The notes under the pieces were generated by a model, which saw only the letters and a program-made list of their open reading frames with translations, ran no database searches and was not told the origin of the DNA. From Thermoanaerobaculia bacterium (GTDB lineage: Bacteria; Acidobacteriota; Thermoanaerobaculia; Multivoradales; Multivoraceae): a stretch of DNA of 64,000 nt. The DNA is taken from the NCBI GenBank assembly GCA_965116145.1, contig OZ220482.1:1089450-1153449 (forward strand), written 5' to 3'. A program made the translations under genes and the position numbers. Below are positions 39,473 to 48,941 of the stretch, piece after piece; position 1 is the first letter of the stretch, and every line of letters starts with the position of its first letter.

Positions 39473-41404
39473 ATGCGTCACGTTCGAACGGTCATCGGGC
39501 TCCTGTCGGCCGCCATCTTCCTCGTCCTGGCCGCGCCGCCGGCCGGCGGCCAGATCCACCGGACATCGGACCCGGTGCGCCGCACCGATCTCCATCGCCA
39601 GGCAACGGTCGACCGGATGGTGATGGTACCGATGCGCGACGGCGTGCGCCTCGCCACCGAGATCTACCGGCCGCGCAATGTCGAGGGCCCGGTGCCTGCG
39701 GTCTTCTGGCGCACGCCCTACAACTTCAGTCCGCTGCCGGGGCCGAACCCGGGGCGGCCGAGCGCTCTGCTCAAGTTCGGACTCGATGCGATCGAGCGCG
39801 GCTACGCCTTCGTGGTGCAGAACGAGCGCGGCAGGTTCTTCTCGGAGGGCGACTGGGAGATCCTCGGGCGGCCGCGCACGGACGGCTACGACGCGCTGAC
39901 CTGGATCACCGAGCAGTCGTGGTCCAACGGCAGGGTCGCCACGCTCGGCTGCTCGTCGACCGCCGAGTGGCAGATGGGCCTCGCCGCGATGCGCCACCCG
40001 GGTCACGCCGCCGCCGTGCCCATGGGCCAGGGCGCCGGCATCGGCCGCATGGGGCCGTTCTTCGAGCAGGGGAACTTCTACCGGGGCGGCGCCCTCCAGT
40101 TGCCGATGGCGGTGTGGCTCTACGGCGAGCAGAACACGCAGCGGCCGACCTTCCCGCCGGGGACCAGCCGCGAGGACCTTGAGCGGCTCGCGACCTACTT
40201 CGATCTCGCAGCAAAGATGCCGGCCGTCGACTGGCGGCAGGCGCTCTGGCACCTCCCCATCCAGACGCTGATGGAGTCTGTCGGCGGTCCGAAGGGGATC
40301 TTCCGCGAGTTTGCGGCGCGGACCCCGAACGACCCGGCCTGGTACGAGGGCGGCCTGTACCACGACGACGAGCCGTTCGGAGTGCCGGCGCTCTGGGTCA
40401 ACTCCTGGTACGACCTGTCCGTCTCTCCGAACCTGGCCCTCTACGGCCATGTCCGCAACAGCGCCGATCCGGAGGTGCGCGACCACCAGTACATGGTCAT
40501 CGCACCGAGTCTCCACTGCAACATGTACCGGCTCACCAACCCGCTGATCGTCGGCGAGCGGGATTTCGGCGACACGGAGTTCGGCTTCGACGAGATGCTC
40601 TGGGGCTTCCTCGACCGCTTCACCAGGCCGGAGGCAAACGGCTTCGAACACCGCTATGCCAGGGTCCGCTACTTCCTGATGGGCGAGGACCGCTGGCGGA
40701 ACGCGGACAACTGGCCGCCCGCAGGAACAGAACCGATGACGCTCTACCTGGACAGCGACGGCAACGCCAACGGCGCCGCCGGAGACGGCAGGCTGACAGC
40801 GGATCCCCCGGCTCAGGGCGCCGCCGCCGACCGCTTCGTCTACGACCCCGCATCACCGGTGCCGACCCGCGGCGGCGCCTTCTGCTGCATGGGCAGCTAC
40901 CGGCCCGGCGCGTTCGACCAGCGCGGCGTCGAGGCCCGCGCCGACGTGCTGGTCTACACGACCGCACCGTTCACGGAACCGCTGACGGCGGCCGGCCCCG
41001 TCGAGGTCGTCCTGCACGTCTCGTCCGACGCTCCCGACACCGACTTCACGGTCAAGCTGGTCGATGTCCACCCGGACGGCCGCGCCTTCAACCTGGACGA
41101 CACCATCCTCCGCATGCGCTACCGCGAGGGATTCGACCGGGAGGTCCGCATGGAAGCCGGCGAGATCCACGAGGCGAGGCCGGGACCGCTCGCCACCGCC
41201 AACGTCTTCGGCGTCGGCCACCGCCTGCGGATCGAGATCTCGAGCAGCAACTTCCCGCGCTACGACCGCAACCTGAACACCGGTGGCAACAACCACGACG
41301 AGAGCGAATGGCGGGTGGCCCGGAACGCGGTCCACCACACCGCGGAACATCCCTCGCGGATCGTGCTGACGGTGCTGCCCCGCAGTTCGGACACGGATCC
41401 GTAG
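39473..41404 (+). CDS. CocE/NonD family hydrolase (S15)
   Basis: VPMRDGVRLATEIYRP, RTPY, RGRFFSEG, DGYD, GCSS nucleophile elbow, ISSSNFPRYDRNLNTG. Confidence 0.93.
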   Translation: MRHVRTVIGLLSAAIFLVLAAPPAGGQIHRTSDPVRRTDLHRQATVDRMVMVPMRDGVRLATEIYRPRNVEGPVPAVFWRTPYNFSPLPGPNPGRPSALLKFGLDAIERGYAFVVQNERGRFFSEGDWEILGRPRTDGYDALTWITEQSWSNGRVATLGCSSTAEWQMGLAAMRHPGHAAAVPMGQGAGIGRMGPFFEQGNFYRGGALQLPMAVWLYGEQNTQRPTFPPGTSREDLERLATYFDLAAKMPAVDWRQALWHLPIQTLMESVGGPKGIFREFAARTPNDPAWYEGGLYHDDEPFGVPALWVNSWYDLSVSPNLALYGHVRNSADPEVRDHQYMVIAPSLHCNMYRLTNPLIVGERDFGDTEFGFDEMLWGFLDRFTRPEANGFEHRYARVRYFLMGEDRWRNADNWPPAGTEPMTLYLDSDGNANGAAGDGRLTADPPAQGAAADRFVYDPASPVPTRGGAFCCMGSYRPGAFDQRGVEARADVLVYTTAPFTEPLTAAGPVEVVLHVSSDAPDTDFTVKLVDVHPDGRAFNLDDTILRMRYREGFDREVRMEAGEIHEARPGPLATANVFGVGHRLRIEISSSNFPRYDRNLNTGGNNHDESEWRVARNAVHHTAEHPSRIVLTVLPRSSDTDP

Positions 41405-41472
41405 CCTCAGCCCGCAGGATCGTCGCGCCCGCGATCGGCGGTCCGGCGCCGGGCGCCGCGCTGACGACCGGT

Positions 41473-42561
41473 CTACTCGCCGCCGCCGGCAGATGCGAGC
41501 GCATCCGCCTCGAGCAGCCGGGCGCCGCGCATCACGTTGCCCAGCGCGTAGTTGCCTTCGTGGCAGGCGTACTCGAAGACCTTGTTGGGGGTTGACCGCC
41601 ACACGTACTCGCCGCTCCAGGCCGTCTCCCACACGTTCGGATCCTCGACCGTGAAGCCATAGAGCAGATCGCCGTTCGGCAGCCGCCGGAAGCGCTCCAC
41701 CACGTGCAGATCCCGTGTCGCCGAACCGAGAGCCGGCTCATCGACGAAGTTCGTCGTATCGACGACCAGGGTGTCGCCCTCCCACCAGCCGATCGAATCG
41801 CCCATCCACCGGCGCTCGGTGGCCGGAGCATGCTCGCCGTCGATCCGCACGACGCGCGCGTCGTGGACCATCTCGATCAGGATCATGACGTGGTTCCCGG
41901 TCTGCACGATCCGCTTGTGGTTGTTGTAGAGGGCCGGCAGCATCGGGGGGCCGCCGGTCGAACTGAAGCCGAGCAGGCAGCGCTCCGGATGCGGCCGCTG
42001 CTCCACGTTGTCGTAGGGGCCCGAACCGTCCTCGTTCTCCTCGAGCCACCAGGCGGTTCCTGTGTTCTTGTGGCCGAACGCCGCGAACTGGGCCGCCGCA
42101 CGCGCCATGCCGGCGGCGGTCATCTCGGGGTACTGGCCGTTCGGCGGATCGGTGATGATCGAAGTCCGCCACTTGCCGTCGATCCTGACCACGTTGTCGC
42201 CGGGATCCATGTAGAAGGCGTTGTAGCCGCCGCTGCCGCCGGACGCGACCTCGAGCCCGGGATCGAAGATCGGCGCACCGCCGACCGGAGGCGCTTCCCG
42301 GTTCGGGTCGCTGGGCTTGAAGTCCGCCTCGTAGATCTCCGTCTTGCGCCGGGAGATCGCGGCCGCCTCCTCGTCGCTCAGGGTCAGCCGGTCGCCGAAC
42401 TCGCGGGGACGCACGAGGGGCGTCAACGTCGCGGCGTCGTAGGCCCCGGTCAGATCGGGCCGGCCGTCGGACCGCCGCGGAATCTCGTCCTGCGAGACAA
42501 CAACGGCCGGGACCGCCAGAAGAGCCGCCAGGCTCAGGAAGGAAAGACGCTCCAGCTTCAT
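41473..42561 (-). CDS. Secreted hypothetical protein, WEGDTLVV/ACHEGN family
   Basis: Signal peptide; GRPDLTG, ERCLLG, WMGDSIGWWEGDTLVVDTTNF and FEYACHEGNY motifs; GGAGG RBS. Confidence 0.85.
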   Translation of the reverse strand: MKLERLSFLSLAALLAVPAVVVSQDEIPRRSDGRPDLTGAYDAATLTPLVRPREFGDRLTLSDEEAAAISRRKTEIYEADFKPSDPNREAPPVGGAPIFDPGLEVASGGSGGYNAFYMDPGDNVVRIDGKWRTSIITDPPNGQYPEMTAAGMARAAAQFAAFGHKNTGTAWWLEENEDGSGPYDNVEQRPHPERCLLGFSSTGGPPMLPALYNNHKRIVQTGNHVMILIEMVHDARVVRIDGEHAPATERRWMGDSIGWWEGDTLVVDTTNFVDEPALGSATRDLHVVERFRRLPNGDLLYGFTVEDPNVWETAWSGEYVWRSTPNKVFEYACHEGNYALGNVMRGARLLEADALASAGGGE

Positions 42562-42716
42562 TCCGGCACCTCCTGGTTCCAGGTCGTCAACGCAAGCCTC
42601 CCAAGGGCCGGGAGCTCGCACCGAAAGCACCAGCGTACCAGACCGCCGACCGACGCCGGCCACCGCAAACCGGACCTCGGCCCCGCGCGCAGCGTCGAGT
42701 TCTTCGGCACGAAACA

Positions 42717-42970
42717 CTACTCCTTCGGTTCCTCGAAGAACCGTGCGACCGCCCCGCCGGCGACGATCTCCTTGGCAGCGTAGCGGGTTGCGGTCTTCGG
42801 GTCCTTCCATCTGCCGGCCTGGATGAGCTCGGCAGTGGAGGCGCCCCGGGCGACCAGCGACTGGGCGCTGCCGATGCGCAGCGAGTGTCCGCTGATCCGG
42901 CCCTGACAACCGGCGGCTGTCGCCCGCCGCCGGATGCGCCTGCGGATCCCGCTCTGGCTGAGCGCCGTCT
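42717..42970 (-). pseudogene. C-terminal fragment of Cre-like tyrosine recombinase
   Basis: ISGHSLRIGSAQSL...LIQAGRWKDPKTATRYA (HxxR, W, catalytic Y). The upstream sequence does not resemble an integrase. Confidence 0.8.
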
Positions 42971-43039
42971 CGCCGACCGCGCCGCCCTTCGAGATGCTCC
43001 CTTGCTTCCCCTGTTCCTGCTCCTCTCCGGAGCTGCCTC

Positions 43040-43190
43040 CCTGCCCGCCAGCACGTCGCTTTCGTTGCCCGGCATCCCCGACTTCCGGCTGCCGTCGGCA
43101 GGATCGGTCGACACGGTGTCGCCGGCGGCCACGGGCGGCCGGCGCCCCTACACCTACAGCGTCAGCGGCCTGCCGTCCGGGACCGGGACG
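43040..43190 (+). pseudogene. Fragment resembling a putative Ig-like (He_PIG) repeat
   Basis: SLSLPGIPDF...PAATGGRRPYTYSVSGLPSG with no plausible start or continuation. Confidence 0.45.
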
Positions 43191-43647
43191 CGGAGGCGGC
43201 GGCCGACCGCGAGCACCTGGGAGAGCTGGACTGGTAGGGGCCGTCGTGGCCGTGCACGCTCCGAGGCGCTGTCCCCGGCGCTCACGACGAAGAGCTGCTC
43301 GGCATCGACTCTGCCCTCGGACGGAAACGAAGCCAGGCGAGTCACCAGACGGCAGAGACAACAGACGAGAACCGGCTCGGTGTCCCGACGGCTCCAGACT
43401 CGTTCGGCTACCAGCCTGATCCCGCCCTCGTCGGGTGTTCGCCATGGTCACCGAATCACGGCTGTTCGTCTACTGCGATCGTCGACCGGCGGCGGTTCTG
43501 GCGGGAAGCGGGGGATCAACGTGTCGGCCGCCAGGACCTACGTGCTCAGGCTGTCGTTTGACGTGTCGGTAGAGTTGACGGGAACGACCATCGACTTCTG
43601 GTCGATTCGGCCGGCCGGCCGACCGACGAGCAGAAGAACAGGGATGG

Positions 43648-45069
43648 GTGCTGATGCGAACACGACTTGCTGACATGACGTTTTTCTGGCTGCTGGTCAC
43701 CCTCGGTGCGGCGCCTGCTGCCGTGGCAGACGACAACACACTTCAGATGAGCAGGAACAGCTTCATCGACGCCTTTGTGACAGACACGGGACGAGCGGTT
43801 CTGGCGATCCATCCTTCTCCGGCCCCGGAGTCTCCTCATACAACACTCGTTTCCTGGAACGGAGCCGTCGCCAGAACACTCGAGATCGACCTCGACGTGA
43901 AGGCGCTCCGAGAGCTGACCGGCGACAGGCTCATGGTGCGGGGCTTCAAACGAGCGGATGGCCCCGAACCGGACCAGATCCGATGGCCTTGGCCCTTGGC
44001 CTATGGCTTCAGGGTCTATCGAGTGACCGAGTCCGGTTTCAGGCTCGAAGAGGAGTTCGACCTCGAGCCCGAGTGGGTCGAGCCGGGTTGGGTCGAGGTT
44101 TCGCCCGATTTGAGGTTGTGGGTAGGGATGACGGACTTGTATCCTCCGTACGAAGATCGTGTGCCACCTTCCGCTCTGGGGAGACGGTTTGCCTTCGGCA
44201 GCGTCAAGTCGGGCCGTTTGTTGCGGACCATGGATGTCGAGCTCTTCGCGGCGGCTCCGCTCGAGGACGACGTTGTGGCCTTTCGGATTCTGGGCTCGGA
44301 AGGGCCGATCGTACTTGCTTCCTACAGCACCAGCCTCTTCCTGCTGCGCTTCTTCGATGAAGGCGTGGACACGGTGCCGGTCGATCACCTGAGGGCGGCG
44401 GTGGAGCCCAGTGGAGGCGACCTTCGCGTGATCTGGCAAGACGACGAGAACATCCTCTGGGCTCTCGTGTCCAACGAGTGGCTGGCGTACGACCTGTGGA
44501 ATCTCGCGTACGCGTCTTCTGTCCCTCGGGAGCCGTTTCTTCGGCGCAAGGCGGCCGCCGGCCGACCGCATGCTGCCCGCGGCTTCGTTGAAGTGCAGGA
44601 ACGGACTGATGGCGCCTTTCGGGTCCGGCATGTCTGGCAGAGTCCGCAGTTTCCGGACTGGCAGGAAGAGCATCTGTCCGACTGGCAAGTTGGCAAGGCC
44701 CCAAGGAGTCCGATCGTGAGTGCGAACGGCCGCCACCTTCTGATTGTCGATGTCAGTCGTTCAGAAGAACGAGTGGACAGCACGATGGCACGGCGCATCG
44801 GACTGACGCGTGCACCGTCTCGACTGCCGCCGGAGGCTGCGCGGCAGAGAAAGAGCCGGCGGAAGGACCGGGATCGGCTGACGACGCCCACTGATGCGCC
44901 GGTCATCCCGTCACGGCGACAGCCCTCGTCACGGTCCACGCCAGGTCAGGGCTGGCCGCGGTTGTCGTACGGTGCTCCGGTGCCTGACGAACCGGCGAAC
45001 AGGCGGCGGCCGTCTGGCAGGGTGACGTCGCGGCCGTTCGCCCGCGGGGCGCCGTCGATCGCCTGGTAG
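43648..45069 (+). CDS. Hypothetical secreted protein (lower GC)
   Basis: 473-aa ORF with a signal-like N-terminus and atypical codon usage. Its 3' end overlaps the convergent DUF6152 gene, so it may be a readthrough after truncation. Confidence 0.6.
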   Translation: MLMRTRLADMTFFWLLVTLGAAPAAVADDNTLQMSRNSFIDAFVTDTGRAVLAIHPSPAPESPHTTLVSWNGAVARTLEIDLDVKALRELTGDRLMVRGFKRADGPEPDQIRWPWPLAYGFRVYRVTESGFRLEEEFDLEPEWVEPGWVEVSPDLRLWVGMTDLYPPYEDRVPPSALGRRFAFGSVKSGRLLRTMDVELFAAAPLEDDVVAFRILGSEGPIVLASYSTSLFLLRFFDEGVDTVPVDHLRAAVEPSGGDLRVIWQDDENILWALVSNEWLAYDLWNLAYASSVPREPFLRRKAAAGRPHAARGFVEVQERTDGAFRVRHVWQSPQFPDWQEEHLSDWQVGKAPRSPIVSANGRHLLIVDVSRSEERVDSTMARRIGLTRAPSRLPPEAARQRKSRRKDRDRLTTPTDAPVIPSRRQPSSRSTPGQGWPRLSYGAPVPDEPANRRRPSGRVTSRPFARGAPSIAW

Positions 45070-45470
45070 CCCTCGACCAGCACCTCGGTGCCCGGCGCGA
45101 CCGAGTCCTTCTTCCAGCCCCGCCGGACCAGGGCGCCCGGCGGGCCGCACTCGACCATCCAGGCCGTCACGGCGCCGTCCTCGTCCGTGACGTCGATGTG
45201 GATCCAGGCATGCGGGTTCACCCACTCGACCTTCGTCACCTTGCCGCGCAGCCGCACCGGCTTCGTTGCGTCGAACTCGGCGGCGAAGGCATGGTGGGCG
45301 GCCGAGGGCCTGGGCGGCGTGAACATCACCAGGCCCAGGGACACGGCGATGACGGAAGCCGGGAGGACAAGGCTGCCGGAGATCTCCACCGTCGGCGCTT
45401 GCCCGGCGCCTTGCGGTCCACGCGCCGGTCGGACGTTGCGCTCGGCGCGCTGCCTGGTTCTCCACTTCAT
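44946..45470 (-). CDS. DUF6152 family secreted protein
   Basis: AAHHAFAAEFD..KPVRLRGKVTKVEWVNPHAWIHIDV...WMVECGPP..L.RRGW; ATG overlaps the upstream stop. Confidence 0.87.
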   Translation of the reverse strand: MKWRTRQRAERNVRPARGPQGAGQAPTVEISGSLVLPASVIAVSLGLVMFTPPRPSAAHHAFAAEFDATKPVRLRGKVTKVEWVNPHAWIHIDVTDEDGAVTAWMVECGPPGALVRRGWKKDSVAPGTEVLVEGYQAIDGAPRANGRDVTLPDGRRLFAGSSGTGAPYDNRGQP

Positions 45471-47305
45471 GGTCTGGCCTCCTGACCGGCGCCCGCATCG
45501 GCCTCCGCCCCGGTAGCGGCCGCGGCGGCCGCAGCCTCCTCGCGGTCGCGGGCCCGGGCGCCGGAGAGGATGTTCGTCATTCCGTAGTTGCCCTCGTGGC
45601 AGGCGTACTCGACGAGCTCGTACTGCTCGTTGTCGAGCTCGAACTCGAAGCGGGCCGTCCAGGGACGGGTCCACACGGTCGGATCGTCGACCGTGAACCG
45701 GTACTCCAGCCGATGCGGACCAAGGCGGGTGTAGCGCTCGGTGAGCTTCAGCTTCTCGCCGGCGCCGCGGTAGGCCGCGCGGCCGTTGAAGTTCGTGACC
45801 TCGACGACCAGGGTGTCACCCTCCCAGCGTCCCTGGGAATCGCCCAGCCACTGCCGGATCCCGGCGCCCAGGGGCTCCCGCGGTGCGGTGGGGATGACCC
45901 GGGTCTCGTGGATCATCTCCTTCTGGATGGCGACGAAGCCGGGACTCTGGCTGATCTGCAGGCCGTTGTTGTAGATGGAGGGCATCATCAGTCCCGGCAG
46001 TCCGCGGGTGATGCAGCGGACGTAGGGTGTCAGGTCTTCGGGCCCGGCGGGGCGGCGGCGCACGTAGTCGCCGAACGAAGCGGCGGCGCTGCGCCGACTC
46101 TCCTGCGCCTCTTCGGTCAGGGGCGGCAGGCGGCCGTCCGGCGGATCGACGACCATCGCCACCTGCCGCGACGGCGCCGACTTGACATAGCCGAGGGTCG
46201 TGTCGCGCCACTCGCGCTCGTAGCCCCAGATGCTCCCCAGGGTGCCCCGCTCGCGGCGAGCGGCCGCCTCCTCGGCGGTCAGTTCCTCCCGATCGGCCAG
46301 CTCTTCCGGCCGCTCCAGCGGAATCCCGTGCGCCTTGTTGCCCGACCACATCCCCTGCAGATCGGGAGCGCCCCAGGGAGTCCGCGGCACGACGTACGGC
46401 TCGGCCAGCGCAACGTCCTCCGGGTCCGCCGCTCGGAACCCGTCGTCGACGCCGCGCCAGCCGGATTCGAGCACCGCCACCCGCACGTTGTCCGGGGCGG
46501 CGATGAAGCCGCGGCGGGCCTCGGAACGCCCGCCGTCGGGCCGCGCCGGATCGCGGGTGAAGCGGACGCCCCGGTCACGCAGGCCGACGGCGGCCGTGTC
46601 GAGGTCGGCGAGTTCGAAGGCCAGATGGTCGATCGCCCGGCCGACGCTCGGCGCCGGATCGCCCTCGGGATGCCGCGAAGCAAACAGCCAGACCTCGCCG
46701 AACCGGAGGCCGTCGAGCGTGCCGCGCAGGGTCTCCGGCACGCCGCCGAGGGCCTCGCGGTACCAGCCGAGGGTCCGCTCCGGGTCCCGTGCGCTCAGGT
46801 GGACGTGATGAAAGCCGGGCGTATCCGGGTCTTCGACCAGCTCGATCCGCGTCCCCCAGGGATCGAAGATCCGGCCGACCCGGAACAGGCCGGGCTCCTC
46901 GCGCAGGGTCGAACCGTCGTCGTAGCGCTGCAGACGGACACCGGAGCCACGCACGCCGACCGCCTCCAGCTCGGCCATCTTCTCCTCCAGATCGGGGAAC
47001 GAGAAGCCGATGTGGTCGATGCCCGTGCCCTGGCTTGAACCCATGATCGGGCCCTGGGTGAACTCGATCACCGCGTTGCCGCAGTCGATCGCCTCGGCGC
47101 GCTCCGCGATCGGCTCGCAGTCCAGATGCCGCTCGTACCACTTGACCGCCTCGCTGCGGGCGGACGTGGTCAGTTGCACGGCGAGGCCGCCGTCAGCCCC
47201 GGCCGGGACCGCCGCCGTCAGCGCCAGCAGCAACGCCGCGGGCACGGCCGGGACGCTACGGATCGCCGTCGGTCGGAGGTTCTTCGCGTCGTCGCAGATG
47301 GCCAT
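45467..47305 (-). CDS. Secreted fusion of two VOC/glyoxalase modules and a WEGDTLVV/ACHEGN domain
   Basis: IDHIGF...DPWGTRIEL, FHHVHL...IDHLAF...PDNVRV, then PRTPWGAPDLQGMW, VRCITRG, WEGDTLVV and EYACHEGNY. Start uncertain. Confidence 0.85.
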   Translation of the reverse strand: MAICDDAKNLRPTAIRSVPAVPAALLLALTAAVPAGADGGLAVQLTTSARSEAVKWYERHLDCEPIAERAEAIDCGNAVIEFTQGPIMGSSQGTGIDHIGFSFPDLEEKMAELEAVGVRGSGVRLQRYDDGSTLREEPGLFRVGRIFDPWGTRIELVEDPDTPGFHHVHLSARDPERTLGWYREALGGVPETLRGTLDGLRFGEVWLFASRHPEGDPAPSVGRAIDHLAFELADLDTAAVGLRDRGVRFTRDPARPDGGRSEARRGFIAAPDNVRVAVLESGWRGVDDGFRAADPEDVALAEPYVVPRTPWGAPDLQGMWSGNKAHGIPLERPEELADREELTAEEAAARRERGTLGSIWGYEREWRDTTLGYVKSAPSRQVAMVVDPPDGRLPPLTEEAQESRRSAAASFGDYVRRRPAGPEDLTPYVRCITRGLPGLMMPSIYNNGLQISQSPGFVAIQKEMIHETRVIPTAPREPLGAGIRQWLGDSQGRWEGDTLVVEVTNFNGRAAYRGAGEKLKLTERYTRLGPHRLEYRFTVDDPTVWTRPWTARFEFELDNEQYELVEYACHEGNYGMTNILSGARARDREEAAAAAAATGAEADAGAGQEARP

Positions 47306-48107
47306 AGAGCAGCTCCTCGGAAAACTCGACACACTTGTACTCCAGCACCCGGACGTTCTGCTCCAGGCGCCGGTAGAGCGGCATGCGGATCGTCCAGGCG
47401 CGGGTGAAGACCTTCGGATCCTCGAGCGTCGCCTCGTAGATCATGGTGTTCGGACCGGTCGGCGTGTAACGCTCGACCACGCGCAACGTGTCGCTCGCGA
47501 AGTTGCCGGCACGGTCCAACCAGCCCTGGCCGTTGAAGCCGGCAGCCTCCACGACCAGGGTGTCTCCCTCCCAGCGGCCGTGCGACCGCCCCATCCAGCT
47601 ATCGATCGGCGCCGGCTCCGGATTCTGCTTGTCCATGTGGATCGTCCGGTTCGCCTCGGCGAAACCGTAGACGACCATGATGTGGGTCGTGCCCTGGAGA
47701 ATCCGGAACGGAAACGGCATGTAGGTCGCGCGCGGCACCCCCGGCAGATAGCACTTCGCCTCCGGGTCCTCGCGCCAGCGGTTCTCGAAATTCTGCCGCT
47801 GCTGCTTGCGGGCCCAGTCCTGATAGGGGATCTCGCCGCCGACAACGACGCCCTGGCCGGGCGGCATCGCGGTGAGCGTTCCGTACTCCGAAGGGCCGGC
47901 GGCGGCGGAATGGCCCTCGAGGTTCCAGTGCGCGGTGTTGATCGCCTGCCAGACACCGTTGATGTCCGGGTTGCCGTCGTGGTGCCGGGGGATCGAGTCG
48001 CCGCTCTGCGCCAGGGACGGCGCGGTGAGCGCCAGAGCCAGGAACAGCGCCGTCAGCAACCGTGGCAGCCGCGCCCCATCCAGTACGTCCTGCAATCGCT
48101 TCCTCAT
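47256..48107 (-). CDS. Secreted hypothetical protein, WEGDTLVV family
   Basis: Signal peptide; GNPDINGVWQ, DPEAKCYLPGVPR, WMGRSHGRWEGDTLVV and LEYKCVE motifs. Confidence 0.85.
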   Translation of the reverse strand: MRKRLQDVLDGARLPRLLTALFLALALTAPSLAQSGDSIPRHHDGNPDINGVWQAINTAHWNLEGHSAAAGPSEYGTLTAMPPGQGVVVGGEIPYQDWARKQQRQNFENRWREDPEAKCYLPGVPRATYMPFPFRILQGTTHIMVVYGFAEANRTIHMDKQNPEPAPIDSWMGRSHGRWEGDTLVVEAAGFNGQGWLDRAGNFASDTLRVVERYTPTGPNTMIYEATLEDPKVFTRAWTIRMPLYRRLEQNVRVLEYKCVEFSEELLYGHLRRREEPPTDGDP

Positions 48108-48204
48108 CGCGGAAGGGTGAACATCGTCGGGTGGATGGACAGCATAGCCCAGCCAAGGCCGGCGCTACCTGCCGGATGCAGGTGGGACTGGACACAGGAC
48201 CCGA

Positions 48205-48220
48205 ATCAGACTAGTCTGAT
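48205..48220. promoter_or_regulatory. Perfect 16-bp palindrome, probable TA autoregulatory operator
   Basis: ATCAGACTAGTCTGAT, 25 bp upstream of the Phd antitoxin ATG. Confidence 0.65.
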
Positions 48221-48245
48221 CGACCAGACGGTACTGGAGAAGACG

Positions 48246-48491
48246 ATGACGACGATCGGCGCCTACGAAGCCAAGACCCACCTGCCGCGACTCCTCGACC
48301 GCGTCGGCCTCGGTGAATCCCTGACCATCACCCGACACGGGCGGCCGATTGCCCGGCTGACACCCATCGAGAAGGACGACCGGGAACGCGCCGCCGAGGC
48401 GGCCCGGCGCATCGAAGAGCGGCGCCGGCGGCTCGGACAGGCGACCCTGGCCGAGCTGATCGACTCGATCCACGAAGGTCACCGCTATTGA
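48246..48491 (+). CDS. Phd/YefM family antitoxin
   Basis: MTTIGAYEAKTHLPRLLDRV..GE.LTITRHGRPIARL; GGAG RBS. Confidence 0.92.
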   Translation: MTTIGAYEAKTHLPRLLDRVGLGESLTITRHGRPIARLTPIEKDDRERAAEAARRIEERRRRLGQATLAELIDSIHEGHRY

Positions 48492-48910
48492 GCGTCCTCG
48501 TTGTCGACAACTCCATCGTGCTCTGCTGGTGTCTGGCGGACGAGGTCGATCCGCTGGCGCAGCACGCACTGCTCCTGACCATCGGGCAGGGCGCGGTCGC
48601 TCCACGGCTCTGGCGGTACGAGCTCTGCAACGCGTTGCTCGTCAACGAGCGGCGGGGGCGCCTGAAGGCCGCCGACACTCGCGCCGCCCTCTTCGACCTC
48701 GATCAGATGCGTATCGAGCTCGACGTCGACCACGACGAGCCGAAGGTCCTCGACCTGGCGCGCAGAGGCGATCTCACCGCGTACGACGCCGCCTACCTCG
48801 AGGTCGCACGGCGCCGCGGCCTGCCGCTGGCGACCCTGGATCAGCGGCTTCGGGATGCCGCCGCCGCGGATGGAACGCCGCTGCTCGACGACGGGCCGGC
48901 AGGGCCATAG
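48488..48910 (+). CDS. vapC: VapC PIN-domain toxin
   Basis: VVDNS, ELCNAL, LTAYDAAYLEVA and LATLDQRL motifs; TTGA overlap with the antitoxin. Confidence 0.92.
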   Translation: MSVLVVDNSIVLCWCLADEVDPLAQHALLLTIGQGAVAPRLWRYELCNALLVNERRGRLKAADTRAALFDLDQMRIELDVDHDEPKVLDLARRGDLTAYDAAYLEVARRRGLPLATLDQRLRDAAAADGTPLLDDGPAGP

Positions 48911-48941
48911 CCGCGAGTCAGCGGCGCCACGGGCTGCTACG

